A stretch of 64,000 nt of DNA from contig DAIDHT010000018.1 in assembly GCA_027451945.1 (NCBI GenBank), positions 499 to 64,498 of the forward strand, given 5' to 3'. Position numbers and translations under genes: made by a program. A model generated the notes under the pieces. That model saw only the letters and a list, made by a program, of their open reading frames with translations, was not told where the DNA came from and ran no database searches. The stretch comes from Spirochaetales bacterium (lineage in GTDB: Bacteria > Spirochaetota > Spirochaetia > JABEVK01). Shown here piece by piece: positions 56,657 through 64,000 of this stretch (within the stretch, counting starts at the first letter, position 1; each line of letters begins with the position of its first letter).

Positions 56657-57895
56657 ATGTTTTTTTCAACTGAGGAGACGGCCGCCCTTGAGGCCGACCT
56701 AGAAGCGCGCTTTTTACGGTATGTTCGTGTCGGTACCACCTCGGACCCCTCGTCAACCAGTAAACCTTCGACCCCCCAGCAACTTGAGCTTTTGCAAATT
56801 TTACACCAAGAACTGGCGCAACTTAGTCCCGAATACCTAGAAGCCCTGCCCGGCTATGTCGTGGCTCGTTTTGCCGCACGACAAAGCTCTGAGCCCTGCC
56901 TGGCGCTGATCGCCCATGTCGATACCAGCCCCGATGCCCCTGGCGACAACGTTAACCCCCAGGTGCATCGCCACTATCAGGGTCAGCCGCTGACTTTGCC
57001 CGGAGGCCCCGTGCTTGACCCAGCCGAAAACCCACTTTTGACGGCTTACCTCGGCAAAACCATCATAACCTCGGACGGCACGACGCTTTTAGGTGCCGAT
57101 GATAAAGCGGGGGTGGCCGAAATCTTGACGGCCGTAACCTGGGTGCTTCAGGCACCCCAGGCCCACGGCCCGTTTGAAGTTGTTTTTACTACCGATGAAG
57201 AAATTGGCCGAGGCGCCGAAAACTTTCCGTTTGACCGCTTAAAAAGCCGCTTTGCCTATACCGTTGACGGTGGCGAAGAGGGCGGTATTGAAGCGGAGTG
57301 CTACCATGCTTCGCACACCCAGGTCACCTTCGAAGGCCATTCCCACCACCCTGGCACGGCACGTGGTCGTTTGATTAACGCCGTTACCATGGCGGCCTGG
57401 TTTGTCTCGCAGTTACCGCGCAGTGAAAGCCCCGAAGCAACCGACGGCCGTTACGGTTGTTTATGGGCTAACCGCATCACGGGAACAGTCGAACAGGCAC
57501 AGGTGGAGGTTTTTTGCCGCGATTTTGACCGGCAACAGCTTTTACGACGGCAAGAGAGTTTGTCCCACTATGCCCGTGCCGTCGAAGCTTCCTTCCCTGG
57601 CGGCAAAGTCACCCTCAAAACTCAACAGCAGTACACCAATATGAAAGAGGGGCTCGATCAACACCCTGAAGTTCTCGAACGCTTGATCGCAGCGGCACAA
57701 AAGGCTGGCGTTCCGACCTTTTCGCAGTCGATTCGCGGAGGAACTGATGGGGCTCGGCTAACAGAGCTGGGACTTCCTACCCCCAACCTCTTTACGGGGG
57801 GCATGAACTACCACAGCCGCACCGAGTGGGTAGCCCTGCCCGCCATGGCAAGCGCCGCCAAAACCCTCATCGCTCTCTTGCAGAGTGAAGGATAA
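56657..57895 (+). CDS. pepT: Peptidase T (M20B)
   Basis: RFLRYV, AHVDT, LLGADDKAG, DEEIGRG, YTVDG, IRGGTDG, YHS..EW. Confidence 0.95.
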   Translation: MFFSTEETAALEADLEARFLRYVRVGTTSDPSSTSKPSTPQQLELLQILHQELAQLSPEYLEALPGYVVARFAARQSSEPCLALIAHVDTSPDAPGDNVNPQVHRHYQGQPLTLPGGPVLDPAENPLLTAYLGKTIITSDGTTLLGADDKAGVAEILTAVTWVLQAPQAHGPFEVVFTTDEEIGRGAENFPFDRLKSRFAYTVDGGEEGGIEAECYHASHTQVTFEGHSHHPGTARGRLINAVTMAAWFVSQLPRSESPEATDGRYGCLWANRITGTVEQAQVEVFCRDFDRQQLLRRQESLSHYARAVEASFPGGKVTLKTQQQYTNMKEGLDQHPEVLERLIAAAQKAGVPTFSQSIRGGTDGARLTELGLPTPNLFTGGMNYHSRTEWVALPAMASAAKTLIALLQSEG

Positions 57896-57902
57896 CTAAA
57901 AC

Positions 57903-58889
57903 ATGAAATTCAACCTTTTGTTAGCTGGCCTAGCCTGCCTGGTAACCATTCTAGCGCCGTCTTGCTCGCCAGCGCCTTCGTCAAGTACACAAGACCAAAG
58001 CGCCCCCGAAGAAAATTTGCGGCCCAGCGACCTTACCGGTACGGCCCTTAAACCCACCGAGTACAAAATTAAAGCCGCTTATGTTCATGGCGGGCCGCAG
58101 TTGACCACAGGCACACAAACCTCGGTGGCGCTTTCGCTCCACCAAACCCTGTCGCCGGGCGATGCGGTTTCGACCCCGGCCGGAGCCGAAGCAGAGTTGT
58201 ACGTTCAAACCGATGCTTTTAGCGACGGCGTTGTCCGTGTCGGCGAAAAAAGCTGGGTGGTGCTTGAAAAAGACAACCGCCCCGAACATCCTCAACTCGA
58301 AGTCAGTGTCTTTGGCGGTGAAACCGGCTACTTTATTCCCCCAGGACACCAAGACTTAATTAGTATTTGGACCCCGGCTGGCCGCTTGGTGAGCCGAGGC
58401 GGCATGTTTACCGTCACCGTCAGCCCTGACGGTGAAGTACTAGTCAGCACTCGTGAAGGCGAAGTCGTTCTCGAAGGGCAAATGACAGCCACCGCCACAC
58501 CCGGACGTGCGCTGGCTTTGACCCGACCCGGCTCGTGGACGTATTTAGTGCCCGGGGCCGATGTTGCACAGCTTCAAGACCGTTGGGACCGTGTTATGAC
58601 CGAACAAGCGCCACCCTTTCTGAAAGCCCAGCTCAGTGCGAAGCTACCCCGCCTGCAGTTCTTTTTAAAGGCAACGACCCTGTCACCCTTCTTTGAGCGC
58701 GAAGCCCTCTCGCTGATGGTCTGGGCCTATGAGTCACGAACTCTGGCGCCCGACCCAAGCTTACCCTCACCCGAGGCTTTGTCTCAGCTGTGGCAAAAGG
58801 CCGCCCAAAGCCGGGCGGAGCAGAAAGGCATCGTCTGGCCTTTACCATCTTCCCTTTCTGCTCCGCCTTTGTTAGGATTGAACCCATGA
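57903..58889 (+). CDS. Lipoprotein with FecR-like domain
   Basis: Lipobox APSC; L.PGD.V.T, TPAG.L.SRG..F.V, EG.V. Confidence 0.65.
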   Translation: MKFNLLLAGLACLVTILAPSCSPAPSSSTQDQSAPEENLRPSDLTGTALKPTEYKIKAAYVHGGPQLTTGTQTSVALSLHQTLSPGDAVSTPAGAEAELYVQTDAFSDGVVRVGEKSWVVLEKDNRPEHPQLEVSVFGGETGYFIPPGHQDLISIWTPAGRLVSRGGMFTVTVSPDGEVLVSTREGEVVLEGQMTATATPGRALALTRPGSWTYLVPGADVAQLQDRWDRVMTEQAPPFLKAQLSAKLPRLQFFLKATTLSPFFEREALSLMVWAYESRTLAPDPSLPSPEALSQLWQKAAQSRAEQKGIVWPLPSSLSAPPLLGLNP

Positions 58890-59365
58890 AAACGCTGGTT
58901 GTGTACGACACTCGGCATGGCTTTACTCAACGATGCGTTGAAATGCTCCAGCAGGAGGTGCCCGAGCTAGAGGCTTGGGCGATCAACACTCCCCACAGCC
59001 AGAGTCCCGAACTCGACAAGTACGAGCAACTCATTTTGGGAGGGCCGGTGTACTTTGGCCGTTATTCCCGGCGGCTTGTTCAGTTCGTTCAAAAACATCA
59101 AGCACTTTTAAAGTCCAAGGTATGTCGCTTTTTTGTTGTGGGGCTTTCGCCCCGCGCCGCCGCCCAAGAATACGTCAAAACGGCTTTGGGTCCTGACTGG
59201 GAAGCCCAGCTTGGGCAACTGATTTTCTTTGGGGGTGCTATTCAGTGGGAAAAGCTCACCTGGTGGGAAAAGTGGCTCTTGAAGACGGCTCGCCACATCG
59301 AGACTGACGCGTCGAACTTTGACCTGCAAGAAGTCCAAAAACTGGTCAGCGATTTGCGCCGTTAG
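58886..59365 (+). CDS. Flavodoxin-domain protein (HemG/Flavodoxin_5-like)
   Basis: MKTLVVYDTRHGFT, ILGGPVYFG, FFGGAI.W.KL...EK; ATGA overlap. Confidence 0.8.
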   Translation: MKTLVVYDTRHGFTQRCVEMLQQEVPELEAWAINTPHSQSPELDKYEQLILGGPVYFGRYSRRLVQFVQKHQALLKSKVCRFFVVGLSPRAAAQEYVKTALGPDWEAQLGQLIFFGGAIQWEKLTWWEKWLLKTARHIETDASNFDLQEVQKLVSDLRR

Positions 59366-59412
59366 CCCCAGAAACCCTGGCGGATTAACGGTTTTCGCGG
59401 TAAATTCTATCT

Positions 59413-60606
59413 ATGAGCATTCTTAAGGGGTTCGTGGTCGTTGTGGCCCTGACGTTGGCCTCGTGCAGTCTCAATACCGACTACTTCAGCGACTACAATA
59501 ACGTCAACCTCTTGAGCAACTGGGATTTTACCTCGCAGACGGCGACCACACCCAACTGGGCTTTATCGACGACACCCGATTATATGAACTGGACCGACCT
59601 GGGCGTGGGCACGGGGCCCACCGCAAGCTCCCATGCCTATCGCTTAGAAATCAAGAACCTGATCCCCAATGGCGATTTTACGGCTTCATCGCCGGGTTCG
59701 CTAATAAACAACCCGGCCAGTGCGTGGAGCATTTCGGGAAGCGGCACGGCGACGGTTGTCCCTGCGGGAAGCGCCGTGACGACGCAAGGTGGCACCTCCG
59801 TAACGTTGAGTGTGCCTTCAATAAACTGGAAAAGCTCCTTACCCACCGATACGTTAACCCTCAATCTCAACTCGGCTTTAGGCATTTCTAGCATATCGGG
59901 TAAACCAATTTGGCAATCAGGGCAATACAATCTTCAGATGAGTTTTATTGATTTGTTTACTGCGACGTTGTGCCAGCTCAACTTTGTCCCGACGACAGGA
60001 ACCATCACGAGTTGGACGTACCCCAATTCAGGCCAGTCGAATACTCAATATCCCACTCAATATTTGAACACCTTAAATAGCCCGGGCGCTTTGGTAAGTA
60101 ATCTCATTGCGTATTCTGGTTCCAATGACGCCTTGGTTTTTACGACGGCTACCAATACTCAGAATATTTTGTTTTCAAGCCTCCGCCTTGTGCGCAGCGA
60201 TTTGCCACTCTATGTGTCTACCTCACTGCCCAGCTTAACCTCGGGCACGCTTCAGCTGATCCCTGGCACCTATCAGTTTTCGATCTGGGTCAAGCAGGAC
60301 CCTACAGCAGGAACGGCCAACCGTTTTGCGGCCACCGGGCTAACGATCAACATTACGGCGGCGACCCAACCTGGCAACACCGGCACTTTTCAAGAATTTG
60401 TCCCCAATACCGGGTGGACTAGCTCTAACTGGACGCTGGTTACCTTTCCCCTCGGGACTGTCGACTTTGTGGACTACGATTCTCAGCATACGGGTACGCC
60501 TGCCCTAACCATCGCCTTAAGCCCCACGAACATCTATAACGATTCACCTTCGTTAGATGCCGGCAGTCTTTTAGTCGCCTCGCCTACCCTGCAGTTCTTG
60601 CACTAA
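59413..60606 (+). CDS. Ser/Thr-rich beta-sandwich lipoprotein of unknown function
   Basis: Lipobox LASC; NLLSNWDF and NLIPNGDF (CBM4/9-like starts), YQFSIWVK. Confidence 0.7.
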   Translation: MSILKGFVVVVALTLASCSLNTDYFSDYNNVNLLSNWDFTSQTATTPNWALSTTPDYMNWTDLGVGTGPTASSHAYRLEIKNLIPNGDFTASSPGSLINNPASAWSISGSGTATVVPAGSAVTTQGGTSVTLSVPSINWKSSLPTDTLTLNLNSALGISSISGKPIWQSGQYNLQMSFIDLFTATLCQLNFVPTTGTITSWTYPNSGQSNTQYPTQYLNTLNSPGALVSNLIAYSGSNDALVFTTATNTQNILFSSLRLVRSDLPLYVSTSLPSLTSGTLQLIPGTYQFSIWVKQDPTAGTANRFAATGLTINITAATQPGNTGTFQEFVPNTGWTSSNWTLVTFPLGTVDFVDYDSQHTGTPALTIALSPTNIYNDSPSLDAGSLLVASPTLQFLH

Positions 60607-60717
60607 CGGCGCCCCCGGGGCATCAGACACCACCATGAGCGGCAACTTGCCTTATCGGGGGGTTAAGATTAAAATGACCCCATTATAAACCTTAAATACG
60701 CCAGAAATGAGGTTATT

Positions 60718-62091
60718 TTGATACCACGGGCCGCACTTGCCAACATTACAAATTGGATAAACCGCACACACCGTAAACCCCTCATTCTCCGTGGGGCCCG
60801 GCAAGTAGGAAAATCGACCTTGGTACGCATGGCGGCGTTGGCCTGCGAGGCTGTGCTGTGGGAAGTCAACCTAGAGCGTTATCCGAATCTTTACTCTCTG
60901 TTTCAAACCAGGGATCCCCAACAAATTCTTCGGGAGCTAGCTTTAATTCTCAACCTCCCTAACCCTGGGACTCGTCCTCTTTTACTGTTTCTCGACGAGA
61001 TTCAAGAAGCCCCAGAAGCCCTCGTGTGCCTGCGCTACTTTTACGAAGAAATGCCACAATTGCTCGTCGTCGCAGCCGGGTCACTTTTAGAATTCACCCT
61101 TGCAAAAGCCAATTTTTCAATGCCGGTGGGTCGAGTCGAGTATTTGTGGTTGGGGCCTTTAGACTTTTCAGAATTCTTGCAGGGCACAGGAGCCTCATCT
61201 TTGGCGGATTTCTTGGTTCAATGGCGGGTTGGCCAGACCATTCCTGATGCGCTTCACCAAAAGCTTCTGGAAAAATTGAGGGAGTATTTTTTAGTAGGAG
61301 GTATGCCTGAAGCCGTTCAGGTCTTTGCACAAACCGGCCAATTTACTGAAGCGCAAGCTGTTCACCGCTCAATCCTCGATACCTACAAGGACGACTTTGG
61401 AAAGTACGCACAAGGAGCGGCTTTAGAAAAGCTACGACACGTTTTTGAACGCGCTCCGTTGCTTCTTGGACAAAAGGTAAAGTACAAAAACTTTCATCCC
61501 GATTGGAAAGCAAATGAGATCCGCCAGGCTTTAGAACTTTTAGAACGAGCAGGAATTGTCGTTAAAGTTAAACATTCTGAGTCCTCCGGGGTTCCCCTAA
61601 GTACCCAAGAAGACCCCACAGTTTACAAGCTTTTCTTTGTTGATATTGGACTCGCTTTAAACGCCTGGGGTACGGGCGGTCTGGAACTGTCAGCCTTTCT
61701 TGAGGGACGAATTTTTGAAGAAGGCAAACTTGCCGAGCAGTTTGCCGCACAGGCTCTTGCCTACTCTGCAGGAAGACACGAAGCTCCCCGCTTATTTTAC
61801 TGGCTACGTGAGGGGAAAAGTACCAATGCCGAAGTAGACTTTTTGCTTACGGTAAGGCAAACGGTAATACCACTCGAAATCAAAGCAGGAACTTCAGGGA
61901 GCCTCAGATCGTTACACCAATTTATGGCTTTAAAGAAACTGGGCAAGGCGGTACGCTGTGATTTACTCCCCCCTTCGGCCCAACAAGTTAACACCACCGT
62001 GATGACGCCTGCAGGCAAGCAAGCAGTCAACTATCAACTTCAAAATCTGCCGTTGTACTTACTTCCCTTTGTATTCTTAGGAGAGTTTTAA
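60718..62091 (+). CDS. AAA_14 ATPase + DUF4143 (PD-(D/E)xK-like) protein
   Basis: GARQVGKS, LDEIQ, AGS, GGMPE, EVDF, EIK. Confidence 0.9.
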   Translation: MIPRAALANITNWINRTHRKPLILRGARQVGKSTLVRMAALACEAVLWEVNLERYPNLYSLFQTRDPQQILRELALILNLPNPGTRPLLLFLDEIQEAPEALVCLRYFYEEMPQLLVVAAGSLLEFTLAKANFSMPVGRVEYLWLGPLDFSEFLQGTGASSLADFLVQWRVGQTIPDALHQKLLEKLREYFLVGGMPEAVQVFAQTGQFTEAQAVHRSILDTYKDDFGKYAQGAALEKLRHVFERAPLLLGQKVKYKNFHPDWKANEIRQALELLERAGIVVKVKHSESSGVPLSTQEDPTVYKLFFVDIGLALNAWGTGGLELSAFLEGRIFEEGKLAEQFAAQALAYSAGRHEAPRLFYWLREGKSTNAEVDFLLTVRQTVIPLEIKAGTSGSLRSLHQFMALKKLGKAVRCDLLPPSAQQVNTTVMTPAGKQAVNYQLQNLPLYLLPFVFLGEF

Positions 62092-62155
62092 CAAACGACA
62101 GTTGTTTTAAAACGATCTAAACCGTTATATTGAGGAATAAACGAGGTCGAACGTT

Positions 62156-63187
62156 ATGAAACGCCTTACCTATATCAGTCGCTTTACTCAGCCTCTGTCC
62201 AAGGAGGATTTAGACGAAATAGCCAAGGTCTCAGAAGCTAACAACGCCCGCGAAGGTCTAACAGGGGCTCTTTTATCGACGGGGTCTATCTTTTACCAGA
62301 TTCTTGAAGGTTTAGACGCCGATGTGGATAACTGTTTCGAGCGCATCGCGCAGGACGCACGGCATACAGGAATCTTTGTCCTTGAGATGGAGCCCGATAT
62401 TCTGCGGCGCCAGTTCCCCGATTGGAAGATGAAAACCATCCAACTAGACCTCCTCAAAGACCCCTTGGTCGAACCCATGAAAAAGCTTCTTTCGACGTTT
62501 GAATCGAATCACCACATTTTAGAGCGCTACACCTCGCGGTTTGTTCAAGACAGCGTGGCCCATGGAATTGACCCAACGCACTTACGGCCCGTTCGACGCG
62601 AAGCCATTGTGCTGTTCTCGGATATCGTGGGGTCAACTATTTTGGGGGAACAACTCGACCCCGAAAAACTTATGGCACTTTTGCGTTCTTACTACGACAT
62701 AGTCATTGAAGCCATCGAAAGCGAGGGTGGCGAAGTTCTTAAGCTCCTCGGCGACGGCATCATGGCACGGTTTGAAGCCACCAAAGCCGTTGAAGCCAAA
62801 CAAGCCTGCGAAAAAGCGCTCAAAGGACTGGCCCAGCTCCGCCAGAGAGCTCGGGGTGCTGACAAACTTCTTGCCGCTGGCTTTGGCCTTTCAAAAGGCC
62901 CCGTGGTCGAGGGGAACGTCGGCTCTGGCGGTAAGTTAGACTACACGCTGATCGGTGATGCGGTAAACTTGGCCGCCCGTTTACAAGCGGTGACCCGAAC
63001 TTCAGGCCAAGGGCTCGTGTTTAGCCGCGAGGTTCAAGACGCCCTTCCCTCCGAAGCCAAAGGAAAAGCCTTGGGTTCTTTTAAACCACGCGGAAAAGAT
63101 TCTGTCGTCGAAGTCTTTGGTAGCACCCTGCCCGAATCAGTATTGGGCATTACCGAAGAGGAAATTCGTACAGAATTGGTTAAATAA
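62156..63187 (+). CDS. BLUF-domain photoactivated adenylyl cyclase (bPAC-like)
   Basis: RLTYIS, N...GLTG.L, FYQILEG, D.RH, FPDWKM; cyclase LFSDIVG, KLLGDG, DYTLIGDAVNLAARL. Confidence 0.93.
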   Translation: MKRLTYISRFTQPLSKEDLDEIAKVSEANNAREGLTGALLSTGSIFYQILEGLDADVDNCFERIAQDARHTGIFVLEMEPDILRRQFPDWKMKTIQLDLLKDPLVEPMKKLLSTFESNHHILERYTSRFVQDSVAHGIDPTHLRPVRREAIVLFSDIVGSTILGEQLDPEKLMALLRSYYDIVIEAIESEGGEVLKLLGDGIMARFEATKAVEAKQACEKALKGLAQLRQRARGADKLLAAGFGLSKGPVVEGNVGSGGKLDYTLIGDAVNLAARLQAVTRTSGQGLVFSREVQDALPSEAKGKALGSFKPRGKDSVVEVFGSTLPESVLGITEEEIRTELVK

Positions 63188-63229
63188 TATAAGTTATTTG
63201 ATTAACAACCTAGTGTTATGCTTCACACT

Positions 63230-64000
63230 ATGAAAACTCTTGTGATGCTATTTATCGTCCTCGGTTGTGCCTTGGTAGCTTCTTGCTCAACACCTGTAGC
63301 GCTTTCGCCTGCAGGGCAAAGCCCGACCAACCCTTCCTCGGGGTACCAGGTGGGAGTCACCCTTGCCTCGAACCCCGCCGGAGCGTCCAGAAATCTCATT
63401 GCCGATACTAATGTTACTTCCGTTGTCGTTAACGCCCTTCTCAATGGCACGTCTGTCGGTAGCGGAACCCTTACAAAACAGGCTTCAAGCTGGACGGGCT
63501 CGTTTTCGGTATCACAGTTGGGGCAAATCACTTTCAACGCGTATGCCGAAAACTCTTCCTCCCAAGTGCTTTGGTTTGGCTCCTCATCGACAAATATCAC
63601 GGGGAGTGGCACGGCAATCACCATCGCCATGAGCAGTTTTGTGCCGACCAACGTTAGTGCCACCGCAGGGGCCAAACAAATCACCCTTTCGTGGACTGCT
63701 GTGACAGGTGCGACAAGCTACAAAATCTATTGGTCAAACAGCTCTAGCCTGACAACAGCCAATGGAACCGCGATCAGTGTCAGCGGTACCAGCTATACCC
63801 ACACGGGCCTTACTTGGACGCAACCCTATTATTACCTTGTGACCGCCGTCAACTCGGCACATGAGAGCGTTGCCTCGTCCGTTCTGAAAGCCTCGGCCAA
63901 CATTCAATGGACCAACTATACCTCAACCCAAGGACTTCCGAGCAGCCAGGTTTCTAGCATCGCCGTCTCTGGGACTAATATTTACCTAGGAACTATTGGT
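63230..64000 (+). CDS. Lipoprotein (3'-truncated): shared N-terminal module + FN3 + start of beta-propeller repeats; absent from ORF track
   Basis: 257 open codons to the window end: MKTLVMLFIVLGCALVASC...; ITLSW..V.GATSYKIYW, YYYLVTAVN (FN3); QGLPSSQVSSIAVSGTNIYLGT. Confidence 0.85.
   Translation, partial: MKTLVMLFIVLGCALVASCSTPVALSPAGQSPTNPSSGYQVGVTLASNPAGASRNLIADTNVTSVVVNALLNGTSVGSGTLTKQASSWTGSFSVSQLGQITFNAYAENSSSQVLWFGSSSTNITGSGTAITIAMSSFVPTNVSATAGAKQITLSWTAVTGATSYKIYWSNSSSLTTANGTAISVSGTSYTHTGLTWTQPYYYLVTAVNSAHESVASSVLKASANIQWTNYTSTQGLPSSQVSSIAVSGTNIYLGTIG

Noticed and set aside
63223-63684. 153-aa minus-strand ORF
   Set aside because: Antisense shadow of the plus-strand lipoprotein at 63230.

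Overview
A ~52% GC bacterial chromosomal window, probably from a free-living spirochaete (inferred from spirochaete-style lipoproteins, an HU/DUF4469 protein and an OmpA-FlgD-like lipoprotein; not proven). It holds about 55 genes: transporters (GPH and other MFS, MscS, Kch, NhaD, ClC, SulP, DMT), ilvC-ilvY, a YitJ-like fusion, a mannosylfructose/sucrose-phosphate synthase pair, a coproporphyrin-dependent haem cluster (hemH-hemE-hemY, chdC, hemL), a divergent secreted isoamylase/alpha-amylase pair, a class Ic-type nrdB, pepT and a BLUF photoactivated adenylyl cyclase. I saw no rRNA, tRNA, CRISPR array or transposase. The main novel signal is an unlisted 42-aa ORF (36551-36679, minus strand) with a lasso-peptide-type leader (YxxPxLxxxGxxxxxT). 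Its 8-residue core, YTVSVTAN, cannot form a lasso ring. It resembles the first predicted beta-strand of an N-terminal module (lipobox - strand - loop - Arg - beta-rich domain) shared by four lipoproteins in the window: isoamylase, amylase and two beta-propeller proteins. This suggests a type V pilus-like donor-strand system fed by a RiPP-like peptide, which is a hypothesis to test. Other notable items: a Cys-rich microprotein, a candidate sRNA next to a 22-bp phased repeat array, and many apparently leaderless genes.
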